Source: an uncultured Dehalococcoidia bacterium | Lineage (GTDB): Bacteria > Chloroflexota > Dehalococcoidia > Lucifugimonadales > JADFKI01 | NCBI GenBank assembly: GCA_964632415.1 | Contig: CAZWDM010000008.1 | Span: 7,098-71,097 of the forward strand | DNA length: 64,000 nucleotides | Direction of reading: 5' to 3' | Shown: in pieces, positions 18,143-27,904 of the stretch | Layout of the letters: each line of letters opens with the position of its first letter | Position numbering within the stretch: position 1 is the stretch's first letter | Notes under the pieces: generated by a model | The model's input: only the letters and a program-made list of their open reading frames with translations | The model's database searches: none | Told to the model about the DNA's origin: nothing | Translations under genes and position numbers: made by a program

Positions 18143-18532
18143 CGCTCCTTGTTATCTCAAGGTCTTCCACGGGTTCTCACCGGTCTCGTGCTACGTCCAG
18201 AGGATTGAGTAAATGCGCCAGGAACGTGAACTGGCGCTCTATCCGACTTTTATTGTCGTTAAACAAGTGATTCTGAGGAGCGAGGCAACACTCGTGGGCA
18301 TGACTTATTCTCAGTTCAAGAGCGTAATTGATTGCACCTACTGTCGCTGACCTAATCTCGCTGCGTCCTGCGGATTATGAGGACATCCCTTTCGGCTCGG
18401 GGTTGGTGCTTGTACTGGCAAGTATGGGATTGAAGGAGCCGTCGTCAATGGGCGCTTCCGAGAAAATGCCGCACGGCGGACGTGGTGCGGTCTGATAACA
18501 TTGGACACCTCAGATCTCAGGAGGCAGACGGA

Positions 18533-19837
18533 ATGTCGGAACAATCCAGCAATAAGCGAAGACTTGGAGCTGTCAAGAGGGCAGTGTCCAATAGCGCGGA
18601 CTCGGCGAAGGACGCGGCTTCAGACAAGGCAAGGTCCGCTCGCGACGCGACGGTTCAGGGCACCAGGACAGTCGCCAATAGCCGCGCGGCTCAGCGCCTT
18701 TCTGCTGCTGGGGACAGCGTTGTCAGGAAGACTAAGGATGTCGCAGTCCAGAGTTCAGAATTGGCGGGAAGCGCCGCCGCCCACGGCAGAGCCGGAGCCA
18801 GAAGCGGTGTGGACATTGCTAGAGAGAGAGTTCCCTGGGATTCGGTACTGCCGGACGATGCCAGAAGCAATCTGCTCACGGCCCTCAATTCCACCAGGAC
18901 ACTGAGTGCAGGCGCCAGGCACAGAATGACCGAGCAGCTGACGCCGGCTCTTTCTGCCCTGTTCAGCAAGGGAATGGCTTCTCAGGCCCAGATACTGTCG
19001 GTCCTCCAGGGCTGGCTTACCAGTCCCGATGCATCGAGAATGCTGAACGGCTGGCTACAGGATATGGCCAAGGGCGCGCCAACGATCTATGACAGGGCGA
19101 TGGACGCCACGTACAACGCCACAAGGATAGGCGGTGGAGACCACAGGCTGTACGACGGCGGGCATTCCGTTGTGGGCGCCTTTCAGGCCGCAAGGGACGC
19201 ATCTCCGGACGACAGTATCTTCGAGGAAGCGGCCGGCCTCCTGCAGGCGCTGACCAGAGACGCCACAACACCCAGAGGACTGCCGATTGTGACCTGGGAT
19301 CAGGACACGTTTTATGGCCTGGCCGACAATCTCGGCAGGGTAGGGATACCGCGGGTCTGGCTGAAGGACATGGTCTCCTATGATGCGGTTGAACTGATAG
19401 GTGTCTCGCTGGGCGTTCTTGCAATAGCGCTCAACTGGAACAGTGATGACGTTGAGCAGTTCTCCCAGATTGTTGGCAGCATGGGACTTGCCGCGGTGGC
19501 GGGCGCCAATCCGCTGCTTCTGATAGTAGCGGTCGTGGCACTGGGAAGGGCGTTCCACACTGCCCGGAAGACCGGTGACTACAAGGAGTTCACCGACGGC
19601 CTCGCGAGAGGCGGAATATGTACCGGAGCGGTGCTGCTGGCCACAAGCATGATGGGCGGGCCTGCCGTGGTCGTCCTCCTGAGCGGCATCTGTGTGGGCA
19701 TAGTCGCGCAGCAGACGCTGCAGAACGTGAGCTTCGTGGAAATAGGGCAGTGGGTCATCGTGCAGATGAAGGACGCTTCGACACAGCTGCCCAATGCCAT
19801 CACTGCCACAAACCCGGGTCATAGAGCTGCCCCCTGA
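18533..19837 (+). CDS. Membrane protein with an Ala/Ser/Arg-rich helical N-terminal region and a C-terminal multi-TM domain (unknown function)
   Basis: AGGAGG lies 7 nt upstream of the ATG at 18533 (ORF-track start 18482). The C-terminus has hydrophobic helices: LIGVSLGVLAIAL, GLAAVAGANPLLLIVAVVALG, GAVLLATSMMGGPAVVVLLSGICVGIVA. Confidence 0.6.
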   Translation: MSEQSSNKRRLGAVKRAVSNSADSAKDAASDKARSARDATVQGTRTVANSRAAQRLSAAGDSVVRKTKDVAVQSSELAGSAAAHGRAGARSGVDIARERVPWDSVLPDDARSNLLTALNSTRTLSAGARHRMTEQLTPALSALFSKGMASQAQILSVLQGWLTSPDASRMLNGWLQDMAKGAPTIYDRAMDATYNATRIGGGDHRLYDGGHSVVGAFQAARDASPDDSIFEEAAGLLQALTRDATTPRGLPIVTWDQDTFYGLADNLGRVGIPRVWLKDMVSYDAVELIGVSLGVLAIALNWNSDDVEQFSQIVGSMGLAAVAGANPLLLIVAVVALGRAFHTARKTGDYKEFTDGLARGGICTGAVLLATSMMGGPAVVVLLSGICVGIVAQQTLQNVSFVEIGQWVIVQMKDASTQLPNAITATNPGHRAAP

Positions 19838-20046
19838 ACTTCCGTGACGAATCTCGGGCGGTCGTCAACAATCTTCTCCCGCAGCGTTTTGAGGCGCGAG
19901 TGGTCGATGTGCCGCGGACACAACAGGTAGCCGTCCGGCGTCTTGGCGAGTTTGAGCTTGTCGCCTTGGCCTATGCCAAATCGAATCGAGGGGGTGGCCC
20001 GGCAATGTGGTCTGGCGCTTGGTAATGATTCTGAGAAGTGCGGCAT
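19819..20046 (-). CDS. Possible AbrB/SpoVT/MazE-type small DNA-binding protein
   Basis: The 75-aa ORF contains IRFGIGQGDKLKLAKTPDGYLLCP, resembling the swapped-hairpin AbrB motif (I-R-x-x-L-G-I-x-x-G-D-x-L). Weak call; the gene overlaps the convergent upstream gene by 19 nt. Confidence 0.35.
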   Translation of the reverse strand: MPHFSESLPSARPHCRATPSIRFGIGQGDKLKLAKTPDGYLLCPRHIDHSRLKTLREKIVDDRPRFVTEVQGAAL

Positions 20047-20330
20047 CTCTTATGGGATCAATTACCCTCTGTTGAAGGGCGTAAGAGATTGTACCTAATG
20101 GTGCATAATCTCAATCTAAAGTGCTTCATCGAACAGGTTGGGAGAGGGTCGCGCAGCCAATACGGCGTGAAGTCTGGCTTGCATCTTTGCAATTGGCATT
20201 CGAACGTTAGGCGTGTTGAACATTCCACCCGTTCATTGAGTAGTGCATGTCCTGTCTGTTCCTTATTGACTGAGTCCTATCTGTCTTATAGTCTCCCTGA
20301 TAAGTCTGGGCACGTAATGAGAGGGAAGCT

Positions 20331-22715
20331 ATGGGCAGCAGAAAAACGGGCGGTGGAGTTGAGGGCGTTTACCGAGCTGCGGACAGGTGGAGGATGAGCG
20401 CCCTTTGTGCCGACGGTTCGCTCTTCACCCCTGGTGAACCCATTTGGACGGGTGAGTGCCTTCGAGAAGTCCGTCGGCGCTTCCTGGACAGGCTAGACGC
20501 CGGCGAGGGCGGTTTCTACCAGAAGTTGGAGGTGCAGTTGGCCGACAGTCCGCCTGAAGTATATCAACTCGTGGCGGAAGCGCTGTACGTTCACTTCCTC
20601 ATCCTGCACCGGAGCGCTCTGAAGGGAGAAACCAAGGCCGCTCAGATCAACAGGGTTCTCCAGTGGTCAGGCGAACCCGTGAACATTCCTCACGAACTGG
20701 TCGCTGGACTGTCTCCCGGAATCGTGCGTCCCGGTAGGGGCTTCCTGAGTTACCGCCCATACCAGGTAGGTGTCATAATCGAATGCGCCGAGCAATGGAA
20801 AGAATTGCACGACGACGAGCGGGATGAAATGAGCAGCGATCCCTGGCGATTCAAGGATTGGCTGAACGGCTTAACGCTCCGGGGCAGCATGTATGTCGGC
20901 CGTCAGAACACGCCTAGGATACAGCGACGGGCGCTGCTTCATCTTCTCTATCCGGATGAATTTGATGCGATTGTCGGATTGGAACATATGAGGGCTATCA
21001 CAGAGGCTTACGCCGACCACGTTACCACTCAGACCGACGATATCGACAGACAGCTGCAGGAGATCCGCCAATACCTGGAACGGAGAGAGAATCGCTCCAT
21101 CGAGTTCTACGAGGACGCCATCCGGGCCGAGTGGGAGAACCCGTCACATCCGGTCAGCGACGGGTACTGGGACGAGTTCGTGAGGGCCGCCCGGTTCCAT
21201 ATTGATGAGGGTCGGTTGAGCTGGGAGGACTTCAAGACCAATGCGGTGCGGAATCTTGGAGCGGCACGCAAGGCCGTGCTCGCAGGTGACGAGAACTGGA
21301 GTGTCCTGGTGAAGCGAGGAATTGCGGGCATTCTCATCCACGCCATTCAGCAGTCCAAGTTCCGCAACTGGCTGGACGATTCGCCTGAGGCCGCGCTCGA
21401 TGCGCTGCAGGCGCTCTGGGCTGAAGGCGATTACGACGTCGGTGAGCGAATCCGCAAGTTCGGAGAGTACTTCCCGACATCGGTATCCAGCGGCGGCGGA
21501 ACTCGCATGAACGTTATCTCGGTGTTGCTGATGGGGCTGGATGCCGACAATTACCCGCCGTTTCGGGTAACAAGATTCGACGAAGCCTACGAACTTACCG
21601 GATACAGTCCAAGAGACATAGATGCGGACGAGGTGACCCTGTACGAGCATGCCCTGGGGTTTCTGGACACGTTCATCGAGGAGGCTGGCAAGCGGGGAGT
21701 CGAGATTTCCAATCGCCTGGACGCGCAGGGGCTCACCTGGCTGGTGGCCGGAAACTACGTAGAGGCGCCGCTGGAGGAACCGCCGCTGGAGGCTGAGCCC
21801 GACCTGGCGAAGCTCTCGGAAGACCTTCTGATTCCGTTGCCCTTCCTGGAAGAGTGGAGGGTGCTGCTCGAAGACAAGAGGCAGGTCATCTTCCAGGGTC
21901 CGCCCGGCACGGGAAAGACCTACATTGCGCAGGAGCTGGCGATCTGCCTCGCCGGATCCGAAGGTCGCATGACGCTGGTGCAGTTTCACCCGTCATATGC
22001 CTACGAGGACTTCGTGCAGGGCTATCGGCCAAAGACCCTTGTAAGTGGGCAGCCTGGCTTCGAACTGCGGGAAGGACCTCTGCTGAAAGCAGCCGCGGCC
22101 GCGCACGCCGAGCCGGACAAGGATCACTTTCTCGTAATCGACGAGATAAACCGGGGGAACATCGCCAGCGTCTTCGGAGAGCTGTATTTCCTTCTGGAGT
22201 ACCGCGACAGGAAGATGAACCTCCAGTACTCGGATACACCGTTCTCATTGCCCAAGAACCTGTACATCATCGGCACGATGAATACCTCCGACCGTTCCAT
22301 CGCGCTTGTCGACCTGGCGCTGCGCAGGCGCTTCCACTTCGTCGACTTCTACCCGGAAGCGCCGCCGGTCAAGGGGTTGCTTCGCAGGTTTCTGAGAAAG
22401 CACGCCGGGGAGATGGAGTGGATTGCCGGTGTCGTAGACCGTGCGAACGGCATCCTTGGCGACAGGAGCGCCGCGATCGGCCCGAGCCACTTCATGAAGA
22501 GAGACCTGACCGAGGACGCAGTGGATCGCATCTGGAGGCACAGCGTCCTCCCTCACGTGGAGGAGCGGCTGCAGGGCGAACGGGATCGCCTGGACGAATT
22601 CAGGCTCGACAGGCTCAGGAGAGATGGTGGTCCATCCGGCGGCTCACCGACCGACGTTATTCAGGCTGACACCGACCAGGAACAGCAGCCGGGTCCGGAT
22701 GATGCGACTGATTGA
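20331..22715 (+). CDS. mcrB: McrB-family AAA+ GTPase with a long (about 500 aa) non-canonical N-terminal region
   Basis: FQGPPGTGKTYIAQELA, FLVIDEINRGNIASVFGELYFLLEYRD, NLYIIGTMNTSDRSIALVDLALRRRFHFVDF. Confidence 0.85.
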   Translation: MGSRKTGGGVEGVYRAADRWRMSALCADGSLFTPGEPIWTGECLREVRRRFLDRLDAGEGGFYQKLEVQLADSPPEVYQLVAEALYVHFLILHRSALKGETKAAQINRVLQWSGEPVNIPHELVAGLSPGIVRPGRGFLSYRPYQVGVIIECAEQWKELHDDERDEMSSDPWRFKDWLNGLTLRGSMYVGRQNTPRIQRRALLHLLYPDEFDAIVGLEHMRAITEAYADHVTTQTDDIDRQLQEIRQYLERRENRSIEFYEDAIRAEWENPSHPVSDGYWDEFVRAARFHIDEGRLSWEDFKTNAVRNLGAARKAVLAGDENWSVLVKRGIAGILIHAIQQSKFRNWLDDSPEAALDALQALWAEGDYDVGERIRKFGEYFPTSVSSGGGTRMNVISVLLMGLDADNYPPFRVTRFDEAYELTGYSPRDIDADEVTLYEHALGFLDTFIEEAGKRGVEISNRLDAQGLTWLVAGNYVEAPLEEPPLEAEPDLAKLSEDLLIPLPFLEEWRVLLEDKRQVIFQGPPGTGKTYIAQELAICLAGSEGRMTLVQFHPSYAYEDFVQGYRPKTLVSGQPGFELREGPLLKAAAAAHAEPDKDHFLVIDEINRGNIASVFGELYFLLEYRDRKMNLQYSDTPFSLPKNLYIIGTMNTSDRSIALVDLALRRRFHFVDFYPEAPPVKGLLRRFLRKHAGEMEWIAGVVDRANGILGDRSAAIGPSHFMKRDLTEDAVDRIWRHSVLPHVEERLQGERDRLDEFRLDRLRRDGGPSGGSPTDVIQADTDQEQQPGPDDATD

Positions 22716-23949
22716 CCTGCAGGAGTACCGGCTGAGTGAGCCGTTGTATCTCTCTGCGATCGAGCGAGACGCACTGCGTGAACTTCTTGGCGCTCGAAGT
22801 GTGGAAAGGGCAGATGTCGACGATCCGCGCCGGTTGTATCGTCTGAGTGCCGGCTCTACCGTCGGCGCGGTGGACATCGGCGATCTATCGGTGCTGATAC
22901 AGCCGAAGGTCGGTATACCGAAACTGCTGTCGATGGCCTGCTACGCTACCGGCGCTTTCAAGCCGCAGGAGTTCAGAGCGTTTGACTTCGAGGAGGAGCA
23001 GGCGCTTCCTGACACCCTAGCGCTAGCGCTGGCCTCCGCTGCGCGCAGGGCGTTCTCTCGCGGGCTGCTGCACGGATACAGGCGGAAGGAGGAGGCGCTG
23101 CAGACCGTGCGTGGACGTATCAGGTTCGCCGAGCAGATTCGGCGCAGGTACGGCGCGCCCCTGCCGGTCGAGGTGCGCTACGAAGAGTTCACCGAGGACA
23201 TTCTTGCGAACCGCCTGGTGAAGGCCGCTGCGAATCGCCTGGGCAGTATGCGCTTGCGGTCTTTGAGGGCGATCAGGGGACTCAGGTGGGTCGCCGGCGT
23301 TCTGGGAAACGTATCTGCCGTAAAATTTCCCCGTTCGGCCGTGCCGGAGGTCACATTCGATCGGCTGAATCAGCACTACCGTGACGTTGTCGAGCTGTCC
23401 CGCCTCATCCTGCGACATGGCGCATTCGAGGCTCGCCGCGGCGCTGTGCGGGCATCCGGTTTTCTTATGGACATGAATGTCGTCTTTCAGGAGTTCGTGA
23501 CGCGGGCGTTGCGCGATTGCCTGGGCGCCTCGGAGCGGATTCTGCGCTCGGAGCAGAGGGTTCCTTTCGATGAAGGTCCCAGGGTATATCTTCGTCCCGA
23601 CCTGTCCTGGTGGGACGGCGGGCAATGCACGTTCGTCGGTGACGCCAAGTACAAGAATCTGGCCGGTTCCCGGGTTCCCGTTGGCGACCTGTACCAGCTA
23701 CTGGCCTACGCAACTGCGCTCAATCTCCCCGGTGGGTTGTTGATTTACGCTCAGGACGAAGCGGAGACGGGTGTATTCGATGTGCTTAACTCCGGGAAAC
23801 GACTGGAGGCCGCTTCGCTCGATCTCTCGGGCACTCTGGAGGAAGTGCTGGAATCGGTGGAAGGGGTGGCGCGTCAGGTCAATGCACTGCGAGTCTGCTC
23901 ACTCAAGTATCCAGCTCGCTATCCCGGCGAGCCTCCGCCATATACCTGA
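22699..23949 (+). CDS. mcrC: McrC-like PD-(D/E)xK nuclease subunit
   Basis: Starts at ATGATG 22699, overlapping the mcrB end. The C-terminal nuclease core is PDLSWWDGGQCTFVGDAKYK followed by DLYQLLAYA. Position and size are typical of McrC. Confidence 0.8.
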   Translation: MMRLIDLQEYRLSEPLYLSAIERDALRELLGARSVERADVDDPRRLYRLSAGSTVGAVDIGDLSVLIQPKVGIPKLLSMACYATGAFKPQEFRAFDFEEEQALPDTLALALASAARRAFSRGLLHGYRRKEEALQTVRGRIRFAEQIRRRYGAPLPVEVRYEEFTEDILANRLVKAAANRLGSMRLRSLRAIRGLRWVAGVLGNVSAVKFPRSAVPEVTFDRLNQHYRDVVELSRLILRHGAFEARRGAVRASGFLMDMNVVFQEFVTRALRDCLGASERILRSEQRVPFDEGPRVYLRPDLSWWDGGQCTFVGDAKYKNLAGSRVPVGDLYQLLAYATALNLPGGLLIYAQDEAETGVFDVLNSGKRLEAASLDLSGTLEEVLESVEGVARQVNALRVCSLKYPARYPGEPPPYT

Positions 23950-24332
23950 TCCTTGGCGATGGCATGACAAGAGGTTCCTCGGATGCGATGACTGGCGGGG
24001 GTTTTCACCTGAATCGGATATGGCTTGCGTTTCACACTCCGATGTTAGTACAAGGCTTGCATTTTGGAAACACACGTGACAAAGTGTTCATTTGAACTGG
24101 CTTGGCTTATTGGGGTGAAGGGGCCGACTCTTGAAGGGGTTGTTCGAATGCAACGTGCCCGCCTAAGACCTTGTATGTGATCGGTCACTCATCCGCTGTC
24201 GAGGGCCATACTGAGTGCCGACCAAACTCACTGGCAGGGTCATCTCTGTCGCCAGCAAAGAAATAGCCCTTTAACAACCCGATCTTCCTTTCAACCCCAG
24301 GCGCAGAGCATCCCGGAACCTTGATTGATGAT

Positions 24333-24815
24333 TTAGTCGGTCTCCTGCGGCGGCGGAGTCGTCCTGCCTTGACGCTTCCTCAGCAGGTCAGCAATCGTGC
24401 CGTCGTGACTGGCCTTGAGAAGTTGAGCGGCGTCTCGACCACGGTGGGCTCCCATGTTGAACGGGTCAAGCCGGATGGCCTCGTCCAGATCCATCATCGC
24501 CTGCTCGTAGTCTCCGATCCTGGCATAGGACAGGCCCCTGCCCCTGTATGCGGCAGCGTTCGTGGGGTCTATGCCGATGGCCGTGGTGAAGTCTCCGACC
24601 GCCATCGGGAAGTCTCCCCGGCTGGCGTATGCCAGCGCTCTTCCCACGTGGTGTTCGGCGTTGCCGCAGTCAAGCCTGATCGCATCCGTGAAGCACCTGA
24701 TCGATGCGTCATACCGCTTGGCCGCCAGATGCCCAAGCGCCTGATCTTCGCTTGCGGCGGCTCTCGCAAGGGTGTCAGCCCTACTTTTGCCGTTTGCGCC
24801 TTCATTCACTGCCAT
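24333..24815 (-). CDS. TPR-repeat protein
   Basis: Repeated A-x-x-x-F/Y-x-x-A-I-x-L/I-D-P units: FTDAIRLDCGNAEHH, FTTAIGIDPTNAAAYRGRGLSYARIGDYEQAMMDLDEAIRLDPFN. Confidence 0.7.
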   Translation of the reverse strand: MAVNEGANGKSRADTLARAAASEDQALGHLAAKRYDASIRCFTDAIRLDCGNAEHHVGRALAYASRGDFPMAVGDFTTAIGIDPTNAAAYRGRGLSYARIGDYEQAMMDLDEAIRLDPFNMGAHRGRDAAQLLKASHDGTIADLLRKRQGRTTPPPQETD

Positions 24816-24862
24816 GAATTCCTTCCCACCTGACGCGGGTTCAATGAGAGCCGCGCCGGTCG

Positions 24863-25702
24863 CTAGTCGTCACCTATTGGCCACACCAGCCAGGAGTGGA
24901 CGTTGTCGTAGCAGTTCGTTCCCTCTCGTGGCGAGTTGGGGAGGACAGTGAAGCTGCCGTCCACGGGCGCGCACTCGTCGCAGAACGTGTTCGGCTCAGG
25001 GTTGTCTTCCCAGTCCTCGTTCCAGAAGAGATACTCATCGTCTTCCCAGTCGTCCAGATCGTCGTCCGGGTCGTCGTACTCATCCTCATCGGAGAGCAGA
25101 CGCCACTGCGCCGGGCGTTCGCACTGACAGCAGGTCTGCAGAGGAAGGTTCCTGGCGAGCACGATGATCTTTCCGCCGTGCCATGGCTGTGACGGGCCAA
25201 GTATCTGCGCCAGGCCCTCGAACTCGTGAACGTGCCGCAGTTCCAAGTCCGTGGTGGTGCCGTAGTCAAACTGGTGCTCGAACCAGGTCGCAGGTTTGAT
25301 CGCAGTTCCGACGGCTTTCCCCATGTGTCGCCACTGCTCCTCGCGCTCGTCCATCGGCACGAATTCAAAGTCGTCCACGGGCCTCGGCACCATCATGGAA
25401 TAGACGGTGCCTGCGACGTCGAAGTGGCTCAGGTGGCCGCAGCACTCCAACCAGACGGAGCGCAGGAAGCGGTCGAGGTCGTACAGGGTTGCGTCGGCGC
25501 GAACGGCGAGCTCCATCCAGTGTGGACGCCCCAAGCCTCTCACAGAGATATGCATCGTTCTGAGCGACAGCCTGCGTCGACCTTTCGGGGCGGTCCGGCT
25601 TGCCCTGATGCCGTAGCGGGCTTCGATGCACCATCCGAAATGGCCGTAGGCTTCGTTTCCGAACAGGGTTGTTCCGCAGACGTTGCAGATACCTGGGATC
25701 AT
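24863..25702 (-). CDS. pRiA4b ORF-3-like domain protein with Cys-rich and highly acidic C-terminal region
   Basis: MHISVRGLGRPHWMELAVRADATLYDLDRFLRSVWLECCGHLSHF fits the PRiA4_ORF3 pattern (..L..LH..I...-W.d.HLh.F). The C-terminus has CCQCERP, CDECAP and DEDEYDDPDDDLDDWEDDEY. Confidence 0.5.
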   Translation of the reverse strand: MIPGICNVCGTTLFGNEAYGHFGWCIEARYGIRASRTAPKGRRRLSLRTMHISVRGLGRPHWMELAVRADATLYDLDRFLRSVWLECCGHLSHFDVAGTVYSMMVPRPVDDFEFVPMDEREEQWRHMGKAVGTAIKPATWFEHQFDYGTTTDLELRHVHEFEGLAQILGPSQPWHGGKIIVLARNLPLQTCCQCERPAQWRLLSDEDEYDDPDDDLDDWEDDEYLFWNEDWEDNPEPNTFCDECAPVDGSFTVLPNSPREGTNCYDNVHSWLVWPIGDD

Positions 25703-26253
25703 TGCGCTTCTCCGAGTCGAGTGTGAGAGTATCGTGCAGTGCGGGAGTGTGCCGTGTCAATGCTGATTCTGATCTGTATTTCTGTCAAGGCTAGGGCGGC
25801 GGCCCGTCGACAGAGCCCGGGTCGAGCTATGGCTGTTGCATGGGAGCGATCCACACGGCTGGAGTGGGGTGTGGCCGAGCCGGGAAACGCGACCGTGTGG
25901 CTGCACCGCGAACATCTGCGAGTTCATTTGCGTTTCGGTCGTCCACTTCGATACGGTCGTTCTCGACTTCCGGGAAGCTGGGGAGTTGGAGGATGCTGCC
26001 CTTGACGCGACCCGACCTGTCCTCGATGCCAGGTGATGATACTGAAATGGGGGAGGGACCGATAGATGGCAACCCCCGGCCGGGTAGTTCGAAAGGGGCG
26101 TAACGGGGTTCAAGGGAAGGAAGACACTCGACACACCGGCGGACAGAGCCTGGCGCTTGTGCCGGACCCATACGAGGATAAACGGTTCCGGCGGCACGGC
26201 ACAATCATATTGTGCTCCCAGGCGGGCGTCATAAAGGTCCTGGGCAGCTAACT

Positions 26254-26577
26254 TCAGCCGCTCTGCCGGTCCTTAGCCACCTGCGCAAGCGATTCGCCAG
26301 CCCTGAACCGCACACTGTTGTGAGCCGGAACCTCGATGAGCTCTCCGCTGTTCGCTCCGCGGATCGGGCGTACCATTCGTGCCTTGATCTCGCGCACCTC
26401 GAATGTACCGAAGCTCGTCAGAACCACCCGGTCTCCCGCACGCATCGCGTCAACAATGCTGGCGAGCACGGCATTGAGCGCCTGCTCCCCCCGGGACCTG
26501 GAGCAGCCCATAGATTCCGCCACCCTTTTTGACATCTCCAGCTTTCGGAGCGTATTACTCATCCGAGTATCCTCCAT
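26254..26577 (-). CDS. HU/IHF-family DNA-binding protein
   Basis: GDRVVLTSFGTFEVREIKARMVRPIRGANSGELIEVPAHNSVRFRAGESL matches the HU beta-arm consensus (GFGtFev+.r.aR.gRNP.TGe.i.i.a...v.F+.g..L). The likely start is MSNTL at 26562. Confidence 0.8.
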   Translation of the reverse strand: MEDTRMSNTLRKLEMSKRVAESMGCSRSRGEQALNAVLASIVDAMRAGDRVVLTSFGTFEVREIKARMVRPIRGANSGELIEVPAHNSVRFRAGESLAQVAKDRQSG

Positions 26578-26772
26578 TCACCTTATCGCGCGATGACCTG
26601 CCGGAAACAGGCCAGCAACATAGTATGCGGCGGGTGGGACTCGATGGCAAGAGATTAGTCTGTGTGGCCTCGGCCGACATCATCCCAGACTGTGCAGAAT
26701 GCGGCGAAGCCACTTATGTCCGCCTGCTGCTACCAGGGATTTGTGCCATTGGCTTCCCCGGTCTCCGAAATC

Positions 26773-27453
26773 TCAGAAATCCAGTGGTCTTCCATCGCCG
26801 GCGGAACGTCCCGCGTCGCGGGAAGGATCACTGTAGACGCGTTCCGGGCAGTCGAGGTCAGTCAGGTCACACCAGTTGCATTCAGAGGGACTGGGCACCC
26901 TGCGCGCGGGTTCATCTGAGACCACGCGCCTTATCAGGTCGTGGAGCCCCTCCCTGAAATCGTCGTCTATGGCGGAGGCGGGAATGTAAATCTCGGTGCC
27001 ATCACTGTATACCAGGCAACCGTCTGGAGACTCGCCTTTGCAGGAAGAGTCCGCCGCAAGCGGAAGCGCGTACATGTAGATCATAACCTGCGCAACGTCG
27101 GAGTCCCGCTGTACGCCGGTCTTGACGTCGTACACCGTGACCTGCCTGTCCGATGCAACCGCAACGAGGTCCACCTGCCCCGCCACCATTGCGCCTGAGC
27201 CTCCCTGCAGCTTGAACCAGTTGGCCCGCTCGGTGGAAACGGTGTGTCCATCCGCCTCCAGCCTGTCACGGACATCGTTGAGCAGGCGGGTGTGGTGCAT
27301 CTTCCAGGTGGACAGGCTGAAGTCACGGCCGGCTTTTGCGTATCCGCTGTGGTGCGCCTTGAACCAGGACGCCCACTCGCAGGAGGCGTCGCCGACGAGC
27401 AGGCGCGACAGCCAGGTTACCCAGACGTACACGTTGTCTCGCCGTACCGTCAC
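26773..27453 (-). CDS. Cas4/RecB-like PD-(D/E)xK nuclease with a four-Cys cluster (stand-alone, no CRISPR nearby)
   Basis: N-terminal Cys (DASCEWASW). Nuclease core GQVDLVAV ... VTVYDVKTG. Then QVMIYMYAL and a C-terminal CNWCDLTDLDC. This is the C...D...(D/E)xK...QxxxY...CxxC...C layout of Cas4-type nucleases. Confidence 0.6.
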   Translation of the reverse strand: MTVRRDNVYVWVTWLSRLLVGDASCEWASWFKAHHSGYAKAGRDFSLSTWKMHHTRLLNDVRDRLEADGHTVSTERANWFKLQGGSGAMVAGQVDLVAVASDRQVTVYDVKTGVQRDSDVAQVMIYMYALPLAADSSCKGESPDGCLVYSDGTEIYIPASAIDDDFREGLHDLIRRVVSDEPARRVPSPSECNWCDLTDLDCPERVYSDPSRDAGRSAGDGRPLDF

Positions 27454-27904
27454 AGCCTGATCCTCTCCACATAGAGGGTGTGGAACACTTGTGCTTATGA
27501 AATGGTATCAGAGCCTGCGTACAGGCGCAATGACAGGCCGTGACGCGGATGTGACGTGGACTCGACATCTGCGCGTCTTTCGCCTCAGTGGGCCTGGTGG
27601 TTCCCAAATATCCCTGCACTCGATGCGAGACTGAATCATACATGACACCCGATCGAACGTACCCCGCACCGACGCTTCACCTCGGGACAGACCGGTCACT
27701 GACACGCGTCGGGTCTGTGGGCAGCATTCGAACTGTGAACGACGGTCTCGGGGTCATTTGGTGGTTTGGATTGCCCGCGCATGGGGAGCGCCAGACGGTG
27801 ACTCTGTCCGGCAGGAGCGAGACTGATGAATGACAAGCCCGCGCCGGGTGGTTCGGAAGGGGCTTTTCGTGGTTAATCCTCAGAATGCTCAGGTTCGATC
27901 CCGC

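Noticed and set aside
21854-22669. 271-aa alternative-frame ORF inside mcrB
   Set aside because: It is Arg/Gly/Pro-rich and sits out of frame inside a gene with unmistakable McrB AAA+ motifs.
25757-26250. Overlapping ORFs of 61-146 aa on both strands in the gap between the pRiA4-like and HU genes
   Set aside because: They are mutually overlapping, have biased composition and no motifs. I treat the region as intergenic; it contains one copy of the 48-nt repeat.
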